DNA of 64,000 bases, taken from contig JBGSUI010000191.1 of NCBI GenBank assembly GCA_041736175.1, positions 1 through 64,000 on the forward strand, read 5' to 3'. A program made the translations under genes and the position numbers. Below the pieces are notes generated by a model that made no database searches, was not told the DNA's origin, and saw nothing but the letters and a program-made list of their open reading frames with translations. Below, piece by piece: positions 9,672-19,462 of the stretch; the stretch's first letter is position 1, and each line of letters opens with the position of its first letter. The stretch comes from Oligoflexales bacterium (GTDB taxonomy: Bacteria; Bdellovibrionota_B; Oligoflexia; Oligoflexales; CAIYRB01).

Positions 9672-10046
9672 ATGATTCCGTTTGAAGTTTACAAGGCGTT
9701 GCATTATGTAGCTGTTTTTGCTGTGGTTTTGGCCCTTGGAGGAGCAGGGTTTTTAGGGTTTACGGATCAACTTCGCCAGCATCCTTGGCGGAAAGCTGCT
9801 GCCATAGCCCATGGCGTGGGGATTTTGCTGATTCTAGTTTCGGGGTTTGGGATGCTCGCCCGGTTAGGGCTAACGAGCGGGCTGCCTTCGTGGGTCGTGG
9901 CCAAGCTAGGAGTCTTGGTCTTTGTCGGAGTTTCTTTGATCTTGATCAAACGTCTGCCGAAAACCATGGGTGTCTGGATGTTGCTTATCGTTCTTTCCCT
10001 TAGTTTTGCAGCCTATATGGGGTCTTTTAAACTAGATTTAGGTTAA
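9672..10046 (+). CDS. small 4-TM membrane protein (SirB/DUF2269-like)
   Basis: ATG at 9672 after AAGGAG; YKALH, HGVG, SGFGML and WVVAKL motifs. Confidence 0.7.
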   Translation: MIPFEVYKALHYVAVFAVVLALGGAGFLGFTDQLRQHPWRKAAAIAHGVGILLILVSGFGMLARLGLTSGLPSWVVAKLGVLVFVGVSLILIKRLPKTMGVWMLLIVLSLSFAAYMGSFKLDLG

Positions 10047-10089
10047 ACAGGATGGTGCTTTGAGGGGCGTGGTTTTAACGACAAGCTCT

Positions 10090-10424
10090 AAAAAGATAGT
10101 GGGGCCCCTTGCGGGACCCCCAAAAGCTCTGACCACCTAAGGTGAAAATTTTTTGATAGGATAACCTTTAGGATTAGACAGTACATGCAGTGATAACAAA
10201 AACGGGAAAGGATCGATAAAATGCAGCGGCAGAGCTTTTTTCAGGATAAACAGTCGAACACACTTGCAAGACAAGAAGGTTAAGAGCCTTACAACACCAC
10301 CCGGGGATAGAAACATACATGCAAATTAAGGGCCATTCTTTCAGGCGCTTCTCTTCCATACAAGACCAGATCTTAATCCACTAATTTCCCTAGGTTTAGA
10401 TGACCTAATGGTGATTTTGTCTCA
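10090..10424 (-). ncRNA. candidate stand-alone small RNA (or small-ORF transcript)
   Basis: Lies between a sigma70-like promoter and a terminator in a 620-bp intergenic gap; U-rich with repeated AUCC/UCCU motifs. Confidence 0.35.
10091..10120 (-). terminator. Rho-independent terminator with GCAA tetraloop
   Basis: Minus strand GGGGTCCC-GCAA-GGGGCCCC followed by ACTATCTTTTT. Confidence 0.7.
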
Positions 10425-10430
10425 GGGATT

Positions 10431-10459
10431 TATGTACAACTGGCAACTCTTTTTGTCAA
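10431..10459 (-). promoter_or_regulatory. sigma70-like promoter
   Basis: TTGACA-N17-TACATA on the minus strand, with AT-rich sequence upstream. Confidence 0.5.
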
Positions 10460-10668
10460 TCCATATAATATAGGATTAAAAAGTTGGCCAGTTAGCCAGG
10501 TTTATTTCATGAAAGTTAAAGGTATTATTATCCAAAGAATGTGGATAGTTAAAATAAGTCAATAGTCACTATGATTGACATCAAGGCAGTGGTCCATTCT
10601 TTATACAATGTAAAGACCTCCGCTTCCATTCCTATTTTTCGGTTTCTAGGGAGATTCCATGGAAAAGC

Positions 10669-11313
10669 CTAGAGTCCACGGTCCCGTAAATAGCGGAGGA
10701 CCCCCGGGAGATAAGTTTCTGGTGCTAGATCGGTCCAAATGACATGATCGGCTTGTTTGATTTTCCTTTCTAAGGGCCATTGGCTTTCGATCACGGTTTG
10801 GGCCTGGGATTCATTCCACTGATTGCGGGCCATCAGTCTTTGAATTTGGACTTGGGGTGCGCATGCCGTGACCCAAACCTCTCGATACTGATCTTGGCTC
10901 TTGGTTTCAAAGATCAGACTGGCTTCGTAAAAGATCACATCGGATGGGCGTGGCGATAAAAACTGCACTTCTTTGATAAGGAGGTCACGGATGAGCGGAT
11001 GGGTGATTGCTTCGAGTTTTTTCCGCTGTTCCTGATTTCCAAAGATGATCTTTCCAAGGTGTCCTCGGTCCAATGCACCGAGGGGGGTGAGGATTTCGGT
11101 TCCAAAAGCGGCGATCACCTGTGCCAACCCCGCTGTATTTGGAGCGAGAACTTCTCGGGCCAACCGGTCGGCGTCAATCACCTTCCAACCATTGGCTGCA
11201 AGGAAGCTGGCAACCGTTGTTTTGCCGGTTGCAATTCCTCCCGTAAGGGCAATCACACTCCTTTTGAGGATGGAAGCGTTTATCTTTGGAAAGGTATTCT
11301 TTTGAATTCCCAA
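10669..11313 (-). CDS. coaE: dephospho-CoA kinase
   Basis: IALTGGIATGKTT P-loop, IDAD, LDR..LG..IF, LEAITHP, RLMARN. Confidence 0.95.
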   Translation of the reverse strand: MGIQKNTFPKINASILKRSVIALTGGIATGKTTVASFLAANGWKVIDADRLAREVLAPNTAGLAQVIAAFGTEILTPLGALDRGHLGKIIFGNQEQRKKLEAITHPLIRDLLIKEVQFLSPRPSDVIFYEASLIFETKSQDQYREVWVTACAPQVQIQRLMARNQWNESQAQTVIESQWPLERKIKQADHVIWTDLAPETYLPGVLRYLRDRGL

Positions 11314-11315
11314 CT

Positions 11316-12902
11316 CTAAAATCTCCAGGTGAAGGTGGTTGTTGCACGGATGTCTACATTAGATTCTATATCGTGGCTAGGATAGGTAGGCTCAAGATAT
11401 AAGGAAAAACCTTTGTACTTTCTCTTTTTTATCTTTTTCTTACGGGTTGGCACCGGTGACTTTGGTGACTCTATATCGTGTTCGGAAGTATCCCAAACGA
11501 TCGCCTCGATGATCCCTGCGACGGCTAAGCCAATCGTCGCGATAAGATAGATCTGTTGTTCGCCCTTTCGCTTTTTGATGTAGGTTTGGCTTTCTGATTG
11601 GTACTCCGAACAATCGGTGATGGCCTGTGGTGTCAGCTCCTCGTTGGGCTTCGGCGTGCAAAAGTCCCTAAGGTATTGGTTCGCCGATTCTGCAAATTGC
11701 TGGTTTTCCTGGCCAATGGAATAGTACATATAGCCGGTACCTATTTCTGAGGTGAGAAAAAGCAGTCCTACCAAATAGCGAGATTGGGCAAACTGGCCGA
11801 CTCCTAACGGGAGGAGGGATAGTCCTCGGATCTCTCCCGCCGGTTCTCGGTAGTAAGGGGCTCTCGCGGCCGAGTTATAGCTGGGTGGTGGACCATAGTC
11901 CGGTTGCGGAGGAGCGGCCTGTGGGGGAGGGTAGGATTGCGGGGGAGGGTAGTTATAGGCTGGTGGGGGATAGTTATTAGGATAAGCGGGAGCGCTATAG
12001 GGAGCTGGATAGGCAGGGGGCGGTGTATAAGAAGGTTGGGGGTATGTACTTGTGGCGGCATCCATTTCGAATTCTTTAGCTAAATCTCGCTCGGAAGAAC
12101 GTCCTTTAGCAGGTCGACTTTTTTCTGCTTCTTCAAACAGATCATTGCTTTTGGGGCGGGATTTACCCGGGTTTTTTATAGATTTTTTAGGTTTAGATTT
12201 GGGCGGTGGTGTCCCCCCTAAGGCGTAGGGGCTTGCCGCAGCAAAAGTGTCACGATCTTCGCGGGAGGGTGGTTTCTTTTTGGGGCGTATTTTCTCAAAT
12301 TTGATGCTGACCACATTCTCTTGGTTTTCAATGACATTGATCGTCATTTGAATGGTCTGATATCCGGGTGCAGAAACCTCAATCTGGGTTTTTCCAGGAT
12401 CTGTATTGATCAGCTCATTGACTGCACCCGCCAAAATCCCTTCAATACTGACCTGGGCAGAGGTGACCGAGGAGACCACTTTAAGGAGGGTTTTTTTCTG
12501 CGGTCTAGCTCCCGGAGCAAGGGGGGCAGTACTCGGGCCTGGTTGGCTTCCGCCAGAACCTGATTTTATCTTTTGGAAAAAGTCCTGCACTGTTGGGTCG
12601 AGTGTTTCATTTGGGTTGATACTTGACTGTGGGTCTAGGGCTAAGGCATTGCGAAAGCTCCGTTCGGCCCCTGGTTTGTCGCCTTTTGTATAGAGCACCA
12701 CTCCTAGGAGCATGGTGATTTTAGCCTTTTCGGCCCGTGGCTGGGTGCTGTGCAGAGCCTTATTAAGAGCGCTTTCTGCTCCTGCTATATCACCTTTTTG
12801 GTATTTGGAAAGACCAATGCTCAGAGACTGGGCCCATAGATTCTCCACCCCTAACAAGAGAGCTAACCCGATGACTAAAATTTGGAGGAGATGATAAAAC
12901 AT
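11316..12902 (-). CDS. secreted TPR-PEGA protein with Pro/Tyr-rich linker and C-terminal hydrophobic hairpin (paralog 2)
   Basis: Signal peptide, TPR (A+ALDP), PEGA-like LLKVVSSVTSAQVSIEG...APGY, LPLGVGQF hydrophobic segment, Cys pair, C-terminal FTWRF. Confidence 0.75.
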   Translation of the reverse strand: MFYHLLQILVIGLALLLGVENLWAQSLSIGLSKYQKGDIAGAESALNKALHSTQPRAEKAKITMLLGVVLYTKGDKPGAERSFRNALALDPQSSINPNETLDPTVQDFFQKIKSGSGGSQPGPSTAPLAPGARPQKKTLLKVVSSVTSAQVSIEGILAGAVNELINTDPGKTQIEVSAPGYQTIQMTINVIENQENVVSIKFEKIRPKKKPPSREDRDTFAAASPYALGGTPPPKSKPKKSIKNPGKSRPKSNDLFEEAEKSRPAKGRSSERDLAKEFEMDAATSTYPQPSYTPPPAYPAPYSAPAYPNNYPPPAYNYPPPQSYPPPQAAPPQPDYGPPPSYNSAARAPYYREPAGEIRGLSLLPLGVGQFAQSRYLVGLLFLTSEIGTGYMYYSIGQENQQFAESANQYLRDFCTPKPNEELTPQAITDCSEYQSESQTYIKKRKGEQQIYLIATIGLAVAGIIEAIVWDTSEHDIESPKSPVPTRKKKIKKRKYKGFSLYLEPTYPSHDIESNVDIRATTTFTWRF

Positions 12903-12921
12903 AGTTAAAAAACTTTTTCCT

Positions 12922-14724
12922 TTAGAAATGAACTCCTATGATAAGCTGGGCACCTAGCTTGAAATCCTGTTTAGAATCCGAAGTATCAAGGGAAAGGGTG
13001 GGACGAATCACAGCCCTTGTATTAAGGTACGGTTTCTCTGAAAGATTGTCTAAACCATAGGACTCCGAGTCTTGGAGGACCGTAAATCCTCGGTATTTTT
13101 TGGACTTGGATTTTTTTCGTTTAGGCGACCGGCTTGATTTGGGAGGCGGCTCCCACAGGATTGATTCCAGCGAACTTACGATAGCCACAGCTCCGGCGCC
13201 CATCATGATCATCTGTTGGTTGTTTTCGTTTTCTTTGATGGTTTTTTTTGTATTTGTAAAATAAGTATTACATACATTTTGTGCATCTACATTTCCGGAG
13301 GTGTTTTGGAGGCTACAGTCGCCTTTTTTTGATTTTTCTATGTTATCGACGTCTTCAGCGATAGCATAATAGGCCATAATATAAAAATAAGCCGCCGCAA
13401 CACCAGCTCCGGCGAAAACTCCTCCCACAAGGTAACGCTCTTGGGATGCCTGGCCAATCCCAAAGGGCATAATGCTTAAAAAGGTAATCCCTTGTTTATT
13501 GCGACTACTTTCAGATTTAGTGGCAGGGTCTGGTGGCAGGGATTGGGGAGCCTGACCCGATGTATAGGGATCTTGGGGAGGAGGAACTGGTTGTGATAAT
13601 GCCGCAGGGGGAGGATAGGAATAACTTGGAGCCTGGTAGACAACAGGTGGGGGCATATAGATTGGTGCTGGGGCTGGGATGTACATGGGTTGCTGATAGG
13701 CCTGAGGTGGATAGCTTTGGGGTGGATAGCTTTGGGGTGGATACCCTTGCTGATAGGGCGGAGGTGTTGGACTGACCCCGGTGGGTTGTCCACCGTAGGG
13801 TTGGGTCGGGGCGGCCACCATTCCTCCGGGTCCTGGGAGGCCGGGTCCTTGGCGGGCGGGACCCGGTTGGGGGGGCATGGTCCCCATTCTTGCTTCGTCC
13901 TCAAAAGCTTTGGCCGGATCATCACCACCTTTTGTGGCACCGCTAAAACCTCCTGATTCGGTGAAATTCTGGTCGCTAGGGGTCGGAGCAAACAAATCAT
14001 CATCCTGTTTTGGTGGTCTTTTAGCTCCTGAGATGGGTCTACCGCCCCCTTTTCCTCCGCGCGGGGGTGGGGAAGGTTTGGGACTGACGGCGGCGACGGG
14101 AGCCGGTTTGGGTTTAGGCTTTTCCAGATTCAGGGTGATCGCATTTTCTGCGTCTTTGACGATGGTCACAACCGCTTTGCGGGTGGGATAGCCGGAAGCC
14201 TGAATCTGAATTTCGGCTTTTCCCGGTTCGACATTGATCAGTTCGTTCGCTGTACCTGCCAGAATTCCATCGACGGTGACCTGGGCCTGGGAGATGTTTG
14301 AGATGACTTTAAGCAAGGTTTTTTTCACCGGGCCCGCTTTGGGGCTAGATTTTGTGGCTGCAAGGCTACCTGGTGCGGTTGTCGGGGAGATTGGGGAGGT
14401 TTTTTTATGTTTAGATTTTAAAGATTGAAAGTAAGTGATCACACTAGGGTCCAGAGCTTCGGAGGAGTTGATACCAAGATCCGGATCGATTTGGAGGGCT
14501 TGCTGGAATGATAAAGTTGCCGCATTTTTGTTGCCCAGGGTGTACTGCACCAAACCGAGGATTTTAAGGGTTTTTGCTTTGTCTTGTTTTGTAAGTTTAC
14601 TGGTCAGTGCCTTTTTGGCTGCAGACTCGGCGCCTTTAAGATCACCCTTCTGGTATTTGTCTTGGACCACAGAAAAAGACTGCCCCCTTGCAACTCCTAG
14701 GTCGAGGAGTCCAATCATAAGCAA
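12922..14724 (-). CDS. secreted TPR-PEGA protein (paralog 1)
   Basis: Same architecture and clear similarity to 11316..12902: KYQKGD.GAESA, KKTLLKV, ELIN.PGK, MPFGIGQ, C-terminal IGVHF. Confidence 0.75.
   Translation of the reverse strand: MLMIGLLDLGVARGQSFSVVQDKYQKGDLKGAESAAKKALTSKLTKQDKAKTLKILGLVQYTLGNKNAATLSFQQALQIDPDLGINSSEALDPSVITYFQSLKSKHKKTSPISPTTAPGSLAATKSSPKAGPVKKTLLKVISNISQAQVTVDGILAGTANELINVEPGKAEIQIQASGYPTRKAVVTIVKDAENAITLNLEKPKPKPAPVAAVSPKPSPPPRGGKGGGRPISGAKRPPKQDDDLFAPTPSDQNFTESGGFSGATKGGDDPAKAFEDEARMGTMPPQPGPARQGPGLPGPGGMVAAPTQPYGGQPTGVSPTPPPYQQGYPPQSYPPQSYPPQAYQQPMYIPAPAPIYMPPPVVYQAPSYSYPPPAALSQPVPPPQDPYTSGQAPQSLPPDPATKSESSRNKQGITFLSIMPFGIGQASQERYLVGGVFAGAGVAAAYFYIMAYYAIAEDVDNIEKSKKGDCSLQNTSGNVDAQNVCNTYFTNTKKTIKENENNQQMIMMGAGAVAIVSSLESILWEPPPKSSRSPKRKKSKSKKYRGFTVLQDSESYGLDNLSEKPYLNTRAVIRPTLSLDTSDSKQDFKLGAQLIIGVHF
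13706..13743. repeat. 15-bp coding tandem repeat (YPPQS)
   Basis: GGTGGATAGCTTTGG twice plus partial GGTGGATA. Confidence 0.85.
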
Positions 14725-14755
14725 TATTGTTAGTTTGCTTTTCAGTACTTTCCTT

Positions 14756-17206
14756 TCAAAAATCTACAAAAAAGGTTAGGTTTCCTGGACTCTGACTGGT
14801 ATTAAAGGTCCTCTCCTTAAATTGACCTGCATATTCAACCCGGACGAGATAACGGGAACTCTCAAGGACAAATGTTTTTTGGTTTGATTGGATCTGAGTG
14901 GTCTGCAAACCGTTGGTCTCCAGATTTCTTATAGAGATGGTCGACGGGCTATGGGACACCTTAACGGTCAAGTTGACGATCCCTTTTTTAGCGTCATTTT
15001 CCCGTGGAATCTCCGGACGGGTGGTCTGGGGCTCAGGTTTCAGGTCGACTTTTGGGATCGCCAACTGTGCGTCATCCCCGACCTCAAAATCTGTCCGATG
15101 GGTGACGTAGCCCGATCGACGGAGCTCCAGTTGGTGAGTCCCCGAGGTCACCACAATCCAACCACTATTTGTCGTTGAATCGACGGTGGTTCCGATCTTG
15201 ATCCCGTCGATCAATATTTCTGCTGCAGGCTGGGAGGAGACTTGGACCCGAGCTTTTCCAGAGCCTTGGGTCTTAGGTTCCTTAGGCTCTGGTGGCGATT
15301 CTTTTGTAGGATCCTTAGCCAAGGGATCTTTAAGAGGTTCCTTAGCCAAGGGTTGGGAAAGGGGTGCAGCCGTGGGCTTTTTGTTAAAGCTCACAGACTT
15401 GATCTTTTTTTGTTTTATAGTGGCCCCTTCGACCGTCAGGGCACCAACCTCCTGGGATGGGAGATTGCGGATGACTCGATTGGCCCTGAGAGGGGGGGTT
15501 TTTGGCGGGATTTTGACTTTTTCAGCGATCTTCTCAGGGGATTTTTCAGGGTATTTAGTCTCTGGTTGTTTGGGAGGTTTAGGCGAAATAGCTGGTCCAG
15601 GGGCCGGACGTTCTCGGGTAGGACGGGTCTTTTTGTGGTCTGGACCTGATTGAATCCCAGCAAATTTTCTTTGATGGGTATTCAGATACTTATTTAGTTC
15701 TAGAAAACCCCACACGCTTAAGGTTAGGATAAGACCCACCCAGAGAAATCCAAAAAAATAGCTCAAAAGATACGGGGTCTGGTTTGTTGGAGGCTGGACC
15801 CAAGCTGGAGGTCTAGCGGGCCTTTGTGGTCTAAAAACAGGGAGTGGCGGTTGGGGAGCCACCGGATTTTGTCTCGTAAACTGTGGCGTCTCCAAAACTG
15901 GTTTAGCCTCGTCGTCCGCGGGAGGAGGTTGATACTTGGCAGGTCCCTGGGGGGCTTTCACCGTGTGATGGGGCGGAAGTTGGACAGTCAGTTTTTCTTG
16001 AAAAGAAGGTGGCTTTATCACTGAGTGGTTCTGTTGGGGTGCGGCCCGCTGCTCCCGCTGCTCCCTTGTAACCACTGGTTTGGTGCGAGCTGTAGGCGCC
16101 CGTGGTACAAAGAAGCGGGGCTCGCCTAGAGCCTCGGTTTTATCAAGGTCTCCCGTCTCCCGATGGATTGAAGATTTTGAGAGAGGTGCAATCTGCGATC
16201 CATTCTTGCTTTTTGCCGTAGCCAGGTCGCCTCTTCTTCTCTTTCGCTGATCTTGACTTGATGGTGGCTCACGCTGAGTAAGGAGTTCGGTCTTTTTTGT
16301 TTGAAGATGATGCGCCTGAAAGAAGTCGCTCGGATTTTTGGTGTACCGTTCGAGTTCTACGTGGCTTTCATCAAAACCATGCTTTTTTAAGAGGGTATCT
16401 AAAGCCGCGCCGTATTGGTTGACCGAATCCTGTCGTTGGCTGGGGTCCATGGACATGCCCTTGATGATCTGTTGGTCCACCTCAGGCGTGATTTCGGGAA
16501 CAATAAAACGAGGAAATGTATAGATTCCATCGATGATCTTTAGAACCACTTCGTGGGTTGTGCTACCTACAAATGGGAGTTTTCCAGTGACAATTTCGTA
16601 AAAGAGCACAGACGAACTATAGATATCACTCTTAAAATCGACGTCTTTCCCGCGGATCTGCTCGGGAGACATATAGCTTGGGGATCCCATAAAAGTCCCC
16701 GTCATCGTCATGCCGGTCTGTTGCATATCTTTGGCGATTCCAAAATCCATCAGCTTAATCCGACCGTCCTTGGTTAACATGACGTTTTCGGGCTTGATAT
16801 CTCTATGGACGATTTTCTGTTCGTGGGCTTTTGAAAGGGCTTTTAGGACTTCGCGGACGATACAGGTGCCGATAATGGGATGTAGAATCCCGTTGGTTTG
16901 GTCTTGGAGGTAGTCTGCGAGATTTTGGCCGCTAATAACCTCTGTCACAATCCATAGCTTTTCCGATTGATCTCCGGAAAAATCGTAGATTTTAACAATA
17001 TTAGGATGGTCAAGACTGGAGATTGCCTGGGCCTCTAATTGAAACCTTTTGCGTATATCAGGGTTTTTTTCCATATGGGAGTGAAGAACCTTGATGGCCA
17101 CTTTTCGCCCGAGTTTTTCGTCAAGTGCCAGATAGACAAAAGCCATCCCACCTTCGCCGATGCGATCGATCAATCGATATCTTTCCCCGAGCCGCTGCTG
17201 TTTCAT
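14756..17206 (-). CDS. membrane Ser/Thr protein kinase with extracytoplasmic PEGA domain
   Basis: IGEGGMA, VAIKVL, HRDIKPEN, DFG, GSPSYMSPEQ; TM helix; C-terminal VSSQPAAEILIDG...RSGY PEGA domain. Confidence 0.95.
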   Translation of the reverse strand: MKQQRLGERYRLIDRIGEGGMAFVYLALDEKLGRKVAIKVLHSHMEKNPDIRKRFQLEAQAISSLDHPNIVKIYDFSGDQSEKLWIVTEVISGQNLADYLQDQTNGILHPIIGTCIVREVLKALSKAHEQKIVHRDIKPENVMLTKDGRIKLMDFGIAKDMQQTGMTMTGTFMGSPSYMSPEQIRGKDVDFKSDIYSSSVLFYEIVTGKLPFVGSTTHEVVLKIIDGIYTFPRFIVPEITPEVDQQIIKGMSMDPSQRQDSVNQYGAALDTLLKKHGFDESHVELERYTKNPSDFFQAHHLQTKKTELLTQREPPSSQDQRKRRRGDLATAKSKNGSQIAPLSKSSIHRETGDLDKTEALGEPRFFVPRAPTARTKPVVTREQREQRAAPQQNHSVIKPPSFQEKLTVQLPPHHTVKAPQGPAKYQPPPADDEAKPVLETPQFTRQNPVAPQPPLPVFRPQRPARPPAWVQPPTNQTPYLLSYFFGFLWVGLILTLSVWGFLELNKYLNTHQRKFAGIQSGPDHKKTRPTRERPAPGPAISPKPPKQPETKYPEKSPEKIAEKVKIPPKTPPLRANRVIRNLPSQEVGALTVEGATIKQKKIKSVSFNKKPTAAPLSQPLAKEPLKDPLAKDPTKESPPEPKEPKTQGSGKARVQVSSQPAAEILIDGIKIGTTVDSTTNSGWIVVTSGTHQLELRRSGYVTHRTDFEVGDDAQLAIPKVDLKPEPQTTRPEIPRENDAKKGIVNLTVKVSHSPSTISIRNLETNGLQTTQIQSNQKTFVLESSRYLVRVEYAGQFKERTFNTSQSPGNLTFFVDF

Positions 17207-17249
17207 TTCAGGTTGGGTCTCCCATCGGTAGAAATAAGCTACCGTAGGA

Positions 17250-17277
17250 TCATCGGAATCTTTAAGGTTTTTCTTTA
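17250..17277 (-). promoter_or_regulatory. sigma28-like promoter
   Basis: TAAAG-N15-TCCGATGA upstream of the kinase operon. Confidence 0.6.
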
Positions 17278-17369
17278 GTTTTCGGGGGTTGCCTAACCCT
17301 TTAAAGGATGAGGCCTAGATTCTCGGATTTGAGAGGTTTTTGCAGGGATTTTTCAAAGGGCCAAACCCT

Positions 17370-18848
17370 TTAGAATTCGTGGGGCATCATATCATGGGCG
17401 GAGGTAAATCTCTTAAAAGGACTATAAAATCGAATGTTTGTAAGACGTGAGGTGTAGACGCAGGCATACCCTGCCACTTGGTCCGCAAATCGGGAACGTT
17501 CGAGGCCAACTTTCATCAACTCGCCCCAAACAGGGTGTAACCCATCGTGTCGGGAGTCGATAAGGAGACGGATTTTTTGGTCCAAATGATTGAGTTCGAT
17601 CTGTTTCTCATCGGCGATAGGTCCCAGTTTTTCAGCCTCTTTTGCCAAATAGAAGGCTTTTTTTGTTTCGCCTTTTATTTTGAGCTTTTCTTCTTGGCGA
17701 TTAAAAAACGTGATTTTGGATCTTAATAGATGGAGTTCTTCGTCGATCGCTTCTCTAAATAGAAGCTGTTTTTTGATTTCGTCCAGTGCATCTTTGAGCC
17801 CCTCGATTTTTTCGAGTTCGGATTCAAGCTCTTCTAAAATTAGCATGGTCCGCCAATTAACACTATCTTTAGAACGAACGATATCTCCATAAATATGGTC
17901 CCCTACATAAAGAATTTCATCGCCTCGAATCCCGGTAATTTCCTGGAATTTTTTGGCGTTTCCACCATGATAGATCGTGTTTTGTTTAAATTTTCCGTCA
18001 TGATTTTTAAGGTAGCCGGTGTCGTCTAAGACCTCGTAAAAGGGTTGGGTCCCTGTAAAAAACCCTGGTTTGCTGCTTGAGACCACGATTGTCTCAAAAT
18101 ATTCTCGCCAACTCCCACTGTTCTCTTGTAGTAAATATGTCATGATATGGTCTGTGTAAGACCAATCAGAATTTGTCAGTAAAAAAAGCGATTTCCCGCC
18201 TTCGATAAGATGCTGAAGGGTTGGGGCAAGATATTTGTCTTTACGGATATAGGTGACTAAATTGTTAAGAACGACTTTTTTAATACTCCCATCCGCATGG
18301 GACAAATCGATATATCTTCGCAAATCCTGATAAACCTCTCGGTAGGATTTGCGAATCTTTTCGGGATGGCGGTCCATATAATCAACGATTTCGGTGAAGA
18401 GTTGGACTTCGGAAAGTGCAAAAAAGGTATCCACAGATAGCAGTCCCGCCGCGCGAAAACTTGCATTATTATAGAGTTTATGCCGCATGTCTTTGGTGAG
18501 GCGTTTTTTGCCGTGGAAGGCGATTTTAACATATTTGTGGGCGTCTACTTTGAGGAGATTGCCTCGGTCCATATCTACCAGGAGTCCTCGGATCAGAAAA
18601 TTTGGATCAAATTTAAGGCTAGAGAGTTCTTCTGGATATCCAGCCTCTATAAATTTGTTGAGCGTCGCTCGAAAGGCTAAAGCTTCAAAGGCTTCCCTAT
18701 GATAGACAGCGAGGGTATGATCCATATCAAAACCAATCGCCCTGATATGGCTCATATTAAGCGATCTGTTTACAAAAATACGCTGCCACCTTTTGAGCTT
18801 AGTCTTGACGCTAGGCTCAAGCATCAGGGGTTCTTGGGACATGGGCAC
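17370..18848 (-). CDS. HAD-IG family 5'-nucleotidase (cN-II type)
   Basis: IFVNRSL, GFDMDHTL, LLTNS, KPGFF, YVGDHIYGDI, YACVYTSR. Confidence 0.92.
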   Translation of the reverse strand: MPMSQEPLMLEPSVKTKLKRWQRIFVNRSLNMSHIRAIGFDMDHTLAVYHREAFEALAFRATLNKFIEAGYPEELSSLKFDPNFLIRGLLVDMDRGNLLKVDAHKYVKIAFHGKKRLTKDMRHKLYNNASFRAAGLLSVDTFFALSEVQLFTEIVDYMDRHPEKIRKSYREVYQDLRRYIDLSHADGSIKKVVLNNLVTYIRKDKYLAPTLQHLIEGGKSLFLLTNSDWSYTDHIMTYLLQENSGSWREYFETIVVSSSKPGFFTGTQPFYEVLDDTGYLKNHDGKFKQNTIYHGGNAKKFQEITGIRGDEILYVGDHIYGDIVRSKDSVNWRTMLILEELESELEKIEGLKDALDEIKKQLLFREAIDEELHLLRSKITFFNRQEEKLKIKGETKKAFYLAKEAEKLGPIADEKQIELNHLDQKIRLLIDSRHDGLHPVWGELMKVGLERSRFADQVAGYACVYTSRLTNIRFYSPFKRFTSAHDMMPHEF

Positions 18849-18854
18849 CTCAGG

Positions 18855-19457
18855 CTAAACAGTGAATTTGATTCCGACTTGGGCATGAAGCTGTCCGTGA
18901 TAGTCAAGAACCTTGCGATTATAAATAACACTACCACTATTTTGGCTATAAACTGTGCCGTCGATCGTAACTTTTATATTGGGAATTTCTAAACCTGGAA
19001 AAAACAGGCTTGATTGGATGGTGGAGCGGATCGAAATACCAGTGGCTGACATATCCATAATATGTTTGACAAGCTTAGTGACCTTGTCAAAGGGATTGAT
19101 CATTTCGGCAACCACCTTTTCACTACTCGAAAAGGAGTAACGCTCCGCCTGGCGGGTTTCCTCGATCACCGAGTTGGCAAGGAGCGGAAAAATAAGTTTA
19201 TCGCCACCACTCGGAATCGAGTTTGTCTGGAAACGCATCATTTGGGCTTGGAGAGTAAACTGGGAAGAATTCAGAAAAGACCTTATAAACTCTGGCTTAA
19301 CCATGTTTTTAAGGACTATTTTAGAATGGTCGAGTTCTTTAATCGTCGTCTGAAAGGCTATCGGCAAGGAGGCGCTCGAGAGGAGAACCAGCGATCTGTT
19401 TTTGATGCAATTTTCAATGATCGTCTTGATCTTAGTGTCGAGGGTAAAGGTGTCCAA
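18855..19457 (-). CDS. PilZ-domain protein
   Basis: RQAER (RxxxR) and DMSATG (DxSxxG) c-di-GMP-binding motifs. Confidence 0.8.
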   Translation of the reverse strand: MDTFTLDTKIKTIIENCIKNRSLVLLSSASLPIAFQTTIKELDHSKIVLKNMVKPEFIRSFLNSSQFTLQAQMMRFQTNSIPSGGDKLIFPLLANSVIEETRQAERYSFSSSEKVVAEMINPFDKVTKLVKHIMDMSATGISIRSTIQSSLFFPGLEIPNIKVTIDGTVYSQNSGSVIYNRKVLDYHGQLHAQVGIKFTV

Positions 19458-19462
19458 AGTGG

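Noticed and set aside
10174..10359. 61-aa Cys-rich ORF as a RiPP precursor
   Set aside because: No clear RBS, no leader motif and no modifying enzymes or transporter nearby; kept only as an alternative to the sRNA reading.
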